From contig CM075988.1 of NCBI GenBank assembly GCA_038087875.1, positions 1,674,001 to 1,738,000 of the forward strand: a stretch of 64,000 nt of DNA, in the 5' to 3' direction. The notes beneath the pieces are model-generated. The model was not told the DNA's origin and did not search any database. It saw only the letters and a list, made by a program, of their open reading frames with translations. This document shows, piece by piece, positions 1-11,018 of this stretch; positions within the stretch are counted from its first letter, which is position 1, and each line of letters opens with the position of its first letter. Source of the stretch: Malacoraja senta. Lineage: Eukaryota. A program made the position numbers and the translations under genes.

Positions 1-854
1 TGTTCATCTAAGAATTGAAGCACTAAAAGAGATTCTGCATTTTCACTAACATTCTCTAGTTTTCCAGTTGCTTTTCTAAGGATCCCTGTGGTATTATGAT
101 AATTCTCAAAAAAGTTAAATGTAGAAGAGCAGGTCCAAGATGTAAAAAAAATATGCAGGGAAAAGTAAACAATCTGGTTCGGCAGTTAGCATTCAAGAGG
201 ATTGGGTCCAAGCCCATAATCTAGGACAGGATTTCCATGCAGTACCGAGGGAAATCTGGGCAACTGGGGTGGATGAAGGCAGACCTGGGAACTCTCTGTC
301 ACAAAGGACCATTTGTTCTGAGGTGGAAATATGTTTTCAGGAGGAATGTGCTCTGCTCTAGAGCAGTGTCTGGTCATTATAATGCTGATGTGTGGCCTTG
401 CTGCATATTTCCTTCGCTCCATAGATGCTGCCGCACCCTCTGAGTTTCTCCAGCAGTTTTGTCTACCTTGCTGCATATAAGTTTGCTGATACATTTGCTG
501 CTTTGTTATAGTCACTGCACATCTCGGTTGGGTCGCTTTGTGATTCTAAAAGGTGCTCTATCATGTATGGTCTAATTTAAAAAAAATTAACCAAATCCAC
601 ATATCACGGCTCAAAAACTGGCCGCAGCCAATGATTTGAATTGAAGAAAATGTCTCCCATTAAATCCTGATCTTCATTCCTATTTCCTGGATAGCCTTTT
701 CCTGACTGTCTGCTGTTCATGCTTGCACCAGCCATAACTCAGCTGTGCAGTTAGAATTCACTGCACCATTTGCTTTCCTCGCACCACGGCTCAAGCTGCC
801 TGGACCTTCAACTCCTGCAAAATCCACAATATGATACGTCATCTTGATGCTTTT

Positions 855-1110
855 GGTTTAGTTTACAGATACAATGCATAAACAGGCCCCTTCAGCCCAT
901 GGAGTTCGCACCGACCAGTGGTCCCCGCACATTAACACTATCCGACACACTCGAGGGACAATTTACATTTATACCAAGCCAATTAATCTACAAACCTGTT
1001 TGTCTTTGGAGTGTGGGAGGAAACTGGAGCACCCAGGGAAAACCCATGCAGGTATTGGCGAGAACGTGCAAACTTCTTACAGACAGCACCTTTAGTTAGG
1101 ATCAAACCCG
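855..1110 (-). mobile_element. tRNA-derived SINE (HE1/V-SINE-like), interrupted by a CR1 3' fragment; head resumes at about 1586-1607
   Basis: Reverse complement of the SINE family seen at 36107; B-box remnant ggatcaaaccc; LINE-like tail. Confidence 0.75.
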
Positions 1111-1118
1111 CTACTCTA

Positions 1119-1585
1119 TTAATTTATGGAATTCACTGCCCCAGGGAGCAGTGGAAGCAGAAACATTAAATATATTTAAGTCTAAAATAGATGTTTTTTT
1201 AGCTGCCAAGGGGATAAGGGGCTACGGGGAGAGGGCAGGGATATGGACCTAGGTATGGTTAGTATAGTAAGACCTGAGTGATCTCCTGGACAAGTGTCGA
1301 TCGCCTGGATTGAGGTCGGAGAGGAATTTCCCGGATTTTTTTCCCGAATTGGACCTGGGTTTTTATCCGTTTTTTTGCCTCCCCCAGGAGATCACGCGGT
1401 TCTTGGGGTGGAGAGGGGTGATAGCAATATAAAGGGGAGGGTAGTGTCTTGTGTTCTGTGTCTTGTGTCTACTGTTTGTGGGTAAGGGTGTCTGTTTAGT
1501 GTTCAGCCATGAGCGAATGGCGGTGCGGGCTCGATGGGCCTGGTGGTCTACTCTCGCACCTACTTTCTATGTTTCTATGTTTCTA
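1119..1585 (+). mobile_element. CR1-type LINE 3' fragment with long structured 3' UTR
   Basis: ORF2 C-terminal NLWNSLPQGAVEA and (TTTCTATG)n tail. Confidence 0.8.
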
Positions 1586-1756
1586 CCGCTGCGTCACTGT
1601 GCCACCCAATTAGTGTGATGGTTCAGCAAGAGGGAGTGAGCATACCACCAGCGCAGTGACCTATAGATGGGTCACTTCCAGCTGCCTGTGGTTGATCCTG
1701 ACCCTGTGCATGGAGTTTGCTCGCTCTCCACATGACCAGATGGTATTCCCCAGGTG

Positions 1757-2132
1757 TGTAGGAAGGAACTGTAGATGCTGGTTTAAACCGAAGAGAGAGA
1801 CAAAAAGTTAGATGTAACTCAGCGGGACAGGCAGCATCTCTCTGGAGAAAACGAATGGGTAACTCTTTGAGTCGAGACCCTTCTTCAGACTGAAAGTCAA
1901 GGGAAAAGGAAACAAGAGATATGGATGATGATGTAGAGAGATATAGAACAATGGATGAAAGATATGCAAAAAAGTAACGATGACCAAGGAAACAGGCCAT
2001 TGTTCGCTGTTTGTTGTGTGAAAAAGAGAAGCTGGTGTGATTTGGGTGGGGGAGGGATGGAGAGAGAGGGAATGCCGTTACTTGAAGTGAGAGAAATCAA
2101 TATTCATACCACTGGGTTGTAAGCTGCCCAAG
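1757..2132 (-). mobile_element. Penelope-like element 3' fragment with degenerate hammerhead-like motif
   Basis: Similar to the 3' end of the element at 49240-49535. Confidence 0.75.
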
Positions 2133-2561
2133 TTTGGGATTCCTCCCACATGACGATGATACCTGGGTTCAGTCACAACTCAAATTTGCTCGGGGTAGAA
2201 TAGCAGGGAAATTGTGTGGTTCGTGGGCATGTGAGAGAAGAGTTGTAGTGAGAATAACAGTGGACTGGGATTAATAGGAATGTGCTGAGCACTGGCATAG
2301 ACGATGTGTCATTTCCTGTATCATAATGAAAAATCTAATTCCACCTAAAACTCCCCAGTCTCTGGGAAAATAGTTACATTCTCTCAATCTGCACTATTAT
2401 TTTTAGCAGTGTTTCATTTCTGACTTTCCTGTATCCAGGTCAAAATCAACTTGCTGAAGATGCCAAAAGGCTGGTTTACAAAACAGAATAGAGTGACTTC
2501 ACTGCTGCTGTGTAACTGGGAGGTTTAATGACCCAACAATCTGTTAGACTCTCCCCTTACT

Positions 2562-2695
2562 AGTCTGAAGAAGGGTCTCGACCAGAAACGACACCCATTC
2601 CTTCTCTCCAGAGATGCTGCCTGTCTCACTGAGTTACTCCAGCATTTTGTGTCTATCTTCGGTTAAAAGCAGCATCTGCAGTTCCATCCTGCACA
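2562..2695 (+). mobile_element. Short Penelope-derived repeat with hammerhead-like motif
   Basis: CTGAAGAAGGGTCTCGACCAGAAACGAC followed by the family tail. Confidence 0.75.
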
Positions 2696-2871
2696 ACAGT
2701 CTGTGCTGTATCTCCTCAAACTACTGTTGGGATTGACACTTTATCTGGAATTCAAATTGATTTTTATTGTACCAATGATATATTTAGTTATGATTCTGTG
2801 GCATAATTTTTGCTGCCATTTTGACTGTGGCACAGGCTGCAAAATTGAATGTTAACCCCTGTGTCCTATAG

Positions 2872-3073
2872 CCTGACATCTTCTTTGACGTGGTAAGCCG
2901 CAGGACGTGGGAAGGGGTGCTGTCTCCGGCCCAGCGTGATCATCTGAGGAAGTTTCTCCCGCAGTTCCCTGAGAATAACCGGGAGCAGCAGGACAGCATC
3001 ATCGCCGGGCTCTTCAGTGGAGATGACTTCCGCTTTGGAAACCCTCTGCACATTGCTCAGAAGCTGTTCCGAG
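2872..3073 (+). CDS. NFRKB: NFRKB exon A, DEUBAD domain: PDIFFDVVSRRTWEGVLS...LFSGDDFRFGNPLHIAQKLFR
   Basis: Peptide matches recalled human NFRKB PEIFFDVVSLSTWQEVLS...FSGENFRFGNPLHIAQKLFR; acceptor tatag| at 2871, donor G|gtgag at 3074; phase 0-1. Confidence 0.96.
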
Positions 3074-3253
3074 GTGAGGAGATGGTGGCCGTGACATCTA
3101 ATGAACGCACGGTTGTGTTCAGCGGAAAGCTGCTTTAGGAAATAACACGAATGAAATGCAAGGAGTTGGGAAAATGAGAAATCTCTCGTTGGTGCAAAGT
3201 TATCCAACAAGTTTACTCTTTTCACGTTCAACACTATCTTAGTGTTTTGGAAA

Positions 3254-3560
3254 TTTAGTTTAGCGATACATCACAGAAACAGGCCCTTTGGCCCACCACT
3301 CCAACCATCCATCAGCCATTCACTCTAGTTGTATGTTTAACAATTTTTGCATTCACTCCTGACACACGAGAGGCAATTTACAGAGGCCAATTAACCTACA
3401 AACCCGCACATCTTTGGGACGTGAGAGCAAACCGGGGGAAACCCATGTGGTTGCATGGAAACGTGCAAACTCCACACAGACAGCACCTGAGATCAGGATC
3501 AAACCTGGGTCTCTGGCGCTGTGAGGTACCAGCTTTACCAGTTGCCCACTGTGCCGCCCT
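3254..3560 (-). mobile_element. tRNA-derived SINE (HE1/V-SINE-like)
   Basis: Full-length reverse-complement copy with B-box and LINE-like tail. Confidence 0.75.
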
Positions 3561-3633
3561 GAGCTGGAATGCGTTTCCTACATTGATAGTACATAGAGTG
3601 TGACCACTCAGAAGCTGCTTCCATTGGAGCTGT

Positions 3634-3726
3634 AGACACAAAATGCTAGAGTAACTCAGCAGGACAGGCAGCATCTCTCTTGAGAGAGAAGGAATGGGTG
3701 ACGTTTTGGGTCGAGACCCTTCTTCA
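3634..3726 (-). mobile_element. Short Penelope-derived insertion with 12-bp TSD
   Basis: CATTGGAGCTGT at 3622-3633 and 3725-3736. Confidence 0.8.
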
Positions 3727-3863
3727 TTGGAGCTGTGTCGGGTGAGACTGAATGTTTGATCTGAATTCAGTGTAAGGGACACTGATGGAAGAACTGTTGG
3801 GGTCGGGACAAACGTTTTGTGGTCAGAGTATCTGCTTCACCGATGCTTCCCTTTCATTGACAG

Positions 3864-3991
3864 ATGGTTACTTTAACCCGGAGGTGGTGAAGTACAGACA
3901 GCTCTGTACTAAGTCCCAGTATAAACGTTATCTCTACTCCCAGCAGCAATACTTTCACAACCTGCTCAAACAGATCCTGGTCTCCAGAAAG
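3864..3991 (+). CDS. NFRKB: NFRKB exon B: DGYFNPEVVKYRQLCTKSQYKRYLYSQQQYFHNLLKQILVSRK
   Basis: Near-identical to NFRKB DGHFNPEVVKYRQLCFKSQYKRY; cag| acceptor, |gtagga donor; phase 1-0. Confidence 0.96.
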
Positions 3992-5025
3992 GTAGGAATC
4001 ACCTTTGCCTGGGAAGGTCCGCTTGTTCACTCAAGCTCCTGACGCTGGAGTTTGTGGTGCCATACTTGGCACAGGATGAACTGTGATTCATGTCAAGTGT
4101 TTAGGAGACCTGACCAGAGTCTGCTTTGTAATAAAATGGGGTTTTAAGAACTCTGGAGCAGTGGTAAACTATGAAAACTGCATGATATTTGAAGGATGTA
4201 ACTAAAGAGCAGAGAGTGAGGAGCAGAAGGGTCCTGATGCTTAAATTCCTCATGTAGTACTTGTACATGGTTTGTTAGGCCCAGCAAATGTTGGTTTGTG
4301 TGCCAAGGCCACGTGTGCAGTGGATACGAAATGTTTACACGACCTGCTGAGAATCTGGCTCCTAAACCAGCCAGACTAACCACTAACCACTGCAGGGCTC
4401 GAAATTAGCGGTTGCCCGGGTGCCAATGACCACCCAAAGTGCCGCCGGGCAACTTAAACGTGAGTCATTTTGTCCGGCTTGGCATGCACATACTGGTTTA
4501 TACCGAAGATAGACACAAAAACTGGAGTAACTCAGCGGGTCAGGCAGCATCTCTGGAGAAAAGGAACGTGACATTTTGTGTCGGCGACGGCTGTAATGCG
4601 TGGGAAAGATGCTAAGTGTGGCATGACGGAGGGTCGGAGTGAATGACGGGACCCGCACAGCAGCAGCGGCGACGGCGGCGGCGGCTCCATCTCCTCCTCC
4701 TCCCGCACCCCGCCTGGCCTGATAACGGCCGCTGCCTGCCACTCTGCCAATGCCGCTTTCAAAACCAAACCCTCCCACACGCCGAGGCCGGGAGGAGGGA
4801 AGGAGGGAGGGAGGGAGGGAGGGAGGGAGAGAGCGGGAGGCCCCCTTCCGCCGTCTGAAGCATCTGCACCGCTCGGCCCCGCAGAGGAGGAGGGGAGGCA
4901 GTGGCGAGGAGATCCCAATTACCTCCCCCTTTGGCGGCGGCACTTGGCGTTGGACAGGGACGGCCAAGGCGCGATGATGCCGGTGTTGTCTGAGGAGCGC
5001 TGACCTTCCTTCCTCCCCACCTCCT

Positions 5026-5627
5026 CTGTCTCCTTCTCTCCCTCTCTCCGTCTGTCCCTCTCCCTCTCCCTCCGTCTGTCCCTCTCCCTCTGTCTGTCCC
5101 TCTCCCTCTGTGTCTCTCTGTCCCTCTCCCCCTCTGTCTCTCTGCCCCCCCCCCTCTGTCTCTCTCCCCCTCTGTCTCTCTCCCCCTCTGTCTCTCTCCC
5201 CCCCTCTGTCTCTCTCCCCCCCCTCTGTCTCTCTCCCCCCCTCTGTCTCTCTCCCCCCCTCTGTCTCTCTCCCCCCCCTTCTGTCACTCTCCCCCCCTCT
5301 GTCACTCTCTCCCCCTCTGTCACTCTCTCCCCCTCTGTCACTCTCTCCCCCTGACTCTCCCCCTCTGTCCCTCTCCCCCCTCTGTCCCTCTCCCCCCTCT
5401 GTCCCTCTCCCCCCTCTGTCCCTCTCCCCCCTCTGTCCCTCCCCCCTCTGTCCCTCTGTCCCTCCCCCCTCTGTCCCTCCCCCCTCTGTCCCTTCCCCCT
5501 CTGTCCCTTCCCCCTCTGTCCCTCCCCCCTCTGTCCCTCCCCCCTCTGTCCCTCCCCCCTCTGTCCCTCTCCCCCTCTGTCCCTCTCCGTCCGTCTCTCT
5601 CTGTCTCTCTATCTCTCACTCTCTCTG

Positions 5628-5694
<67 letters not shown>

Positions 5695-5750
5695 GTCTCT
5701 CTCTCTGTCTGTCTCTCTCTCTCTGTCTGTCTGTCTCTCTCCCCCCCCCT
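5026..5750. repeat. Polypyrimidine mini/microsatellite: (CTGTCTCTCTCCCCCCT)n-like, (CTGTCCCTCCCCCCT)n and (CT)n
   Basis: Direct tandem repeats visible. Confidence 0.95.
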
Positions 5751-5769
5751 TTTATCCTGGGACCCCTCC

Positions 5770-6450
5770 TCTCAATCCCACACTGATCCCCATTCCTGCC
5801 TCTATTCAGTCCTCACTGACATCCCCTGTGCTCCATTTACCCGCCCCCCCATCTATTCATCCTGCACTGATCTCCTTATCCACCTCACATTGATTCTCCT
5901 GCCACCCCCATCCATCCTGCACTGCTCCCACCCATCCATCCTGCATTGATCCCCCCCATTCATCCCGTACTGACCCCCCCCTCCATTTATCCTGCACCGA
6001 TCCCCCATCCATCCTGCAGTGATCCACCCATTCGCCCTGTAGTGATCCCCGCCATTCATCATGCACAGACCCTCCGATCCACACTGTACTGACCTCCCCC
6101 ATTCATCCTGTACTGATCCCCCCCATGCAAGAAGAATGGGGGAATCAGTCTGAAGAAGGGTTTCGGGCCGAAACGTTGCCTATTTCCTTCGCTCCATAGA
6201 TGCTGCCTCACCCGCTGAGTTTCTCCAGCATTTTTGTCTACCCCCATTCATCCTGTACTGATCCCCCCCCATCCACCCTGCACTGATTCTCCCCCATCCA
6301 CCCTGCACAGACCTCCCCCTGTCCATCCCGTACTGATCCTCCCATTCAACCCCACTGACATCCCCCGCGCTCTCCCCTCACAATTTTATCTACTCCAACC
6401 AACACGCACTAATTCCCCAGCGTCAATCCATCCATTCCGCACGGATTGCC
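5770..6450. repeat. Degenerate ~21-bp minisatellite (CATCCTGCACTGATCCCCCC-like), interrupted at about 6135-6242 by a Penelope-derived repeat
   Basis: Repeated catcctg(c/t)actgatccccc units. Confidence 0.85.
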
Positions 6451-7289
6451 TTATCAAACCTCCCCCCCCCCCCCCAATGTGTTTTAATCCCAATGTTATT
6501 GTTTTTAATCCATAAAGATGGATTAAAATTGTGAACACGTGAAACATTAAACCCGCAGTGTTGACACGTTATTACAGAATTCATTTTACCGGCAAATCAA
6601 TGCTTTTAATATGGAGTATCAGTACTGTAGTTATTTAATGAAAACATTCACAACAATATGTTGGATTTATCCAGATTTTACTTTTACAGTCAGTCATATA
6701 CATCACAAATTTGGTCAGGAGATATTTCAGCAAAAATTTTAACATTAATTCTGAAGTGGGAATGATGGAAACAGCGTTTATCAATAACTTTTTAAAATCT
6801 GGTGCATACAAACTGGGTATCTTCATTGCTGTTCATAACACATACATCTAATCTGAATGTCCGGTAATAGACATCACAGGACAATGGTAAGGTGGGCCAA
6901 AAATTGTAGCGCTATCGTGTAGTGTTATTGCGTAAATATAGGTACAAACAAATATAGAAACAAACAAGATGAGTGTTTTAGTATATATAAAAAATAAATA
7001 TAAATATAAATAAATATATCGATAGATAGATAATGTGCTTCCATTTACGTTTGTATATTCGACTGGTTTAACCTGTGTTAGTGAAGATGGGAGAGGTGTG
7101 GGCTTTGGAAGGAGTGAGGCGCGTTGCTGGATAATGAGACACGGGAGACACTGCGTGAAGCTGTGTGCAAGAGTTGGTAAACGGCTACATCACACGCTGG
7201 TCTTGAGGCAGTGCTGAGAACTGGGAGGTTGATGTGTCTGGTCGGGTTCTGAGATCTGCTTCTCAGCTGTCTGCTCACTGATGTTGCAG

Positions 7290-7467
7290 GAGTTGCTTGA
7301 AATGGCGAGAAAGAGTGGCCCTCAGCTGCCCCTGAAGAGGAATTACCATGCGCCCTCCAGCCAGGAAGAGAGAGAGGAGGAGAGGCGAGCGCAGAGCCGC
7401 TATGAGAAGATCGTGCGGGAAGTCAAGGAGGAGTGTGAAGATAACACCATCTCATCCGATGAGGAAG
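7290..7467 (+). CDS. NFRKB: NFRKB exon C: ELLEMARKSGPQLPLK...REVKEECEDNTISSDEE
   Basis: Matches DLLEMARRSGP...LREVKEECGDTALSSDEE; gcag| and G|gtgag; phase 0-1. Confidence 0.95.
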
Positions 7468-7573
7468 GTGAGCATTTCTGTAGCTGATCCAGTGAAATAT
7501 TATTCCCTTGTTATCCCTTATCATGTATCTATACACTGTAAATGGATCGATTGTAATCAGGTATTGTCCTTCT

Positions 7574-7669
7574 CTGAAGAAGGGTTTCGGCCCGAAACGT
7601 TACCTATTTCCTTCGCTCCATAGATGCTGCTGCACCCGCTGAGTTTCTCCAGCATTTTTGTGTACCTTC
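7574..7669 (+). mobile_element. 96-bp Penelope-derived insertion starting at the hammerhead core, 11-bp TSD
   Basis: ATTGTCCTTCT at 7563-7573 and 7670-7680; insert begins CTGAAGAAGGGTTTCGGCCCGAAACGTT. Confidence 0.85.
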
Positions 7670-7794
7670 ATTGTCCTTCTTCTGACTGGTTAGCATGCAA
7701 AGAAAATCTTTTCATTGTATCTCAGTACACGTGACAATAAACAAAACTACTGAGGACATCAGGCAAAGCACGGGATCAAGGACGTCTGAGTCTT

Positions 7795-8916
7795 AGTCGA
7801 GTTTAGTTTAGGGAATGCAGCGCGGAAACTGGTCCTTTGACCCACCGAGTCCATGCCGACCAGCGAACCTTGTACACTAACACTATCCTACACACATTTG
7901 GGGCAATTTACAATCTTACCAAGCCAAGGGTCGGCACAGTGGCGCAGCGGTAGAGTTGCTGCCTTACAGCACTATGGGTGCTCTCTGTACGGAGTTTGTA
8001 CGTTTCCCTGTGACCTGCGTGGGTTTTCCCCGGGATCTCCAATTTCCTCCCACACTCCAAAGACGTACAGTTTTGTAGGTTATTTGGATGGGGAAAATTG
8101 TAAATTGTCCCTATTGTGTGTAGGATAGCATTAGTTTATGAGGATCGCTGGTTGGTACAGACTCAATAGACAATAGGTGCAGGAGTAGGCCATTCGGCCC
8201 TTCCAGCCAGCACCGCCATTTACTGTGATCATGGCTGATCATCCACATTCAGTACCTGTTTCCACGCTGTATCTCTAAACTACACATCTGTATGTCTTTG
8301 GAGCGTGGGAGGAAACCGGAGAAAACCCACGCAGGTCACAGGGAAACCGACAAACTCTGTACAGACAGCAACCGGAGTCAGGATCAAACCTGGGTCTCTG
8401 GTGCTGTAAGGCAGCAACTCTACCTCAGCACCATTGTGCTGCCCGCCGTCAGCTGAACTATCCTCCCCTCTGTTCAATGACATCTGTATCCATAGTGATT
8501 TAGTATCCACAACTCCAGGCGGGGCCGGGCAACGTCTAACCTCGTACAGAAACGGGCCCCTTGGTCCACTGTGTCCATGCCAACGTACACCAATTCCATT
8601 TGCCCACCCCGGCTGTGTATCCTGTTCCTTGGCTAATTAGGTGCCTGTGCAACCATGTAGTGATTGTATCTGATTCCACCTCCATCTCTGGCAGCACGTT
8701 CCACATATCCACCATGTGTGGAAAACACCATTGCCCTCAAATCCCACAATGTACAGAAGCCAATTCACCTACAACCCCACATGTCTTTGGTGAGTGGGAG
8801 CAACCCGGATCACGGGGAGAACGTACAAATTGCGTACAGACAGCATCCGTAGTCAGGATTGAACCCGGGTCCCTGACGCTGTAGGGCAGCAAGTCTACCG
8901 CTGCGCCACCGTGCTG
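7795..8916. mobile_element. Cluster of nested SINE pieces on both strands and CR1 tails
   Basis: A-box TGGCGCAGCGG near 7940 (+); reverse copies at 7800-7925, 8282-8445 and 8750-8916; CR1 tail at 8165-8260. Confidence 0.7.
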
Positions 8917-9235
8917 ACCATGGTGCCAGACCCCCTGAGTTACTCCTGCACTTTGTGTCTTGTGTTGTCCCGTTAGTTGTATTTAGAACTAAAGCTGTGC
9001 ATTTGGAGAAACAAATGGGGAGGTTATGGGAAAAGTGAGATAAATCAACAGGATCTCTCCTCGACGCATGCTCAGTTCACCCAGCCCCTTCACCTCTGCT
9101 GCCTTGTGTAGTGATTTGATGCACTTCTCGAGGGAACACGCAGTTCCGAATCATGGATTCATCAATTTATAAATAGGTTTATAATCTGACAATGTTCTAT
9201 GGTCCTTCATGTTTTAACCTTCCTTTATGTTGCAG

Positions 9236-9337
9236 AGATGTGCTCGTGGTTCCCTCGTTCTCCGGTACATCCCCCGAGTCCCAATGTAGCACTGAGAGTG
9301 GTGCCCACTCTCTCCACACAAGATATGAAGACAGTCG
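9236..9337 (+). CDS. NFRKB: NFRKB exon D: EMCSWFPRSPVHPPSPNVALRVVPTLSTQDMKTV
   Basis: Matches SWLPSSPARSPSPAVPLRVVPTLSTTDMKT; tgcag| and G|gtaagt; phase 1-1. Confidence 0.95.
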
Positions 9338-10509
9338 GTAAGTTCCTCCTCTCCAGTCACCACCACCTGCTTCAGGCAACTCCTGTTAACGTCCAGTGAA
9401 TATGTTGCTATCTTCACGTGGAATTTCTTTTAAGTGAGGGTGAGCCAGGTCACACTTTCTGTTGAAAGTCAGTGCGAGGTGTCTGGCTTTGCCCGAGTTT
9501 CATTTTCAGGTGTTTCCATGTTTTAAAGGCACTCCTTGGGCTCTTTAAGTGATTCAGTAACTTCACACAGAGAGTAGCTGAATCCTGCCGGAGTCCTTGC
9601 AGATCTCATGCTCCTGACCCTGTTCACAGCAGCCCAGTCCCCAGAGGCCAGCCCCTCAAGCCTCCGTGCCAGCCCAGCAGATGGTACAGGGGAGTTCTGT
9701 ACCATCCTGCCCAAGACCAGCCATAGCCTGTGCCCACCCAGAGCCTTGGCACCCTCTGCCAGTCCCAGTCATACCCGACTATTGATCTGGACAAGGCCAG
9801 GCCACCTGCAGCCTTGTCTGACCCCCACCCTCCCTCCATGGCCAGGGTGGGCCAATGTACCTGTGAGAGGCGGTGTCAATATGGTGAAGTGTCGAGACCA
9901 TAGAGGTATTCTCTAATTATTGGGTGTGAATGAGATGGAATTGCCATGTGTGTGTTCATAGAACTGTACAGCACAAGAACAGGCCCTTCGGCCTTTAATG
10001 TCTGTGCGGAACATGATGCCAAGGTCATCTCTTACCTACCTGCACATAATCTGTACCCTTCCTTTACCTGCCTATTCAAAAGTCTCTTAAATATTTATCA
10101 TATCTGCCTCCACCAACCCTGACAGCCTGTTCCAGACTCTCTCCACTCTCTTTATATATTTAAACATACTTACCCCACACATCTCCTTTAAACTTTGCTC
10201 CTCTTACCTTAAAGCCGTGTCTTCTTGTATTTGATTAAGTCATACGGCACAGAAACGGGCCTATTGGCCCAGCAGCCATTGTACTTGCTAACACTCGAAC
10301 TAATCTACACCAGTCTTCTTTTGTCTCTAGCCTTCTATGCTTTGGCAATTCAGTTGTTTGTTCAGATGCTGTTGTAAGACTGAGAGGGTACCTGCCTCCA
10401 CCACCCTCTCCAGCCATGCGTTGCAGAAACTGCTCTAGGTGGTGCTGGTAATATAATCGATTGTGCAAGGCCAGGTATCATTAAACACCATTAATATCTT
10501 GTGTTCCAG

Positions 10510-10583
10510 GTAAGCTTGAATTGGGGGATGAAGATTTGAAACTGATGTTGAGGAAACACGTGGAAAAGCGAAGGCACCAGCCG
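10510..10583 (+). CDS. NFRKB: NFRKB exon E: GKLELGDEDLKLMLRKHVEKRRHQP
   Basis: Matches DKVELGDSDLKIMLKKHHEKRKHQP; ttccag| and CCG|gtaagc; phase 1-0. Confidence 0.95.
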
Positions 10584-11018
10584 GTAAGCTGAGTTGCTGT
10601 GTTCTGCCCAGCAAGGTGGGCCATTGCCTGCATCAATGATACTCTATGCTTCAGCACCGATGTGTTGCCCTTCTTGAAAATGATCACCAACGCTCTTTCA
10701 TCCACCTTTAGACAGCGCTTCCACATAGCAATAACATGCAAAATATTCCCATATTGCTTTTGCTTCCTTTGACAGCTCTGACCTTCCTCTCATCAGAGAT
10801 AATTTTGTCAAATTTGCACCATCAGAAGCATTCGTAAATGTGATCACATCCAAAGCATTTCCTCTTCATCTTCTCTGCATTAAGAAGAACAATTTCAGCA
10901 TCTCCATGTTGGTGAAATGCCTGAATTCTAATTTCTAGACCTCTTTCCAAGGCGTGATGCTCAGCACTGAACCCCAACCCAGCTGAACATGACGGACTTG
11001 TTTGTTTTAGTTTGTAAT

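Noticed and set aside
1..2871. NFRKB start-codon exon or promoter
   Set aside because: No sequence resembling the N-terminal MDSLDHMLTDPL...EDLLED segment was seen; it is presumably upstream of the window.
4383..4977. Ala/Gly/Pro-rich ORFs suggesting a nested gene or first exon
   Set aside because: No recognisable domain; open frames are explained by high GC, and they run into repeat sequence.
4919..5949. Long Pro/Ser/Leu and Arg/Gly/Glu ORFs (279, 140 and 93 aa)
   Set aside because: Artefacts of a stop-free CT-rich satellite.
5770..6450. Regularly spaced repeats resembling a CRISPR array
   Set aside because: Degenerate tandem minisatellite without unique spacers, in a vertebrate intron with no cas genes.
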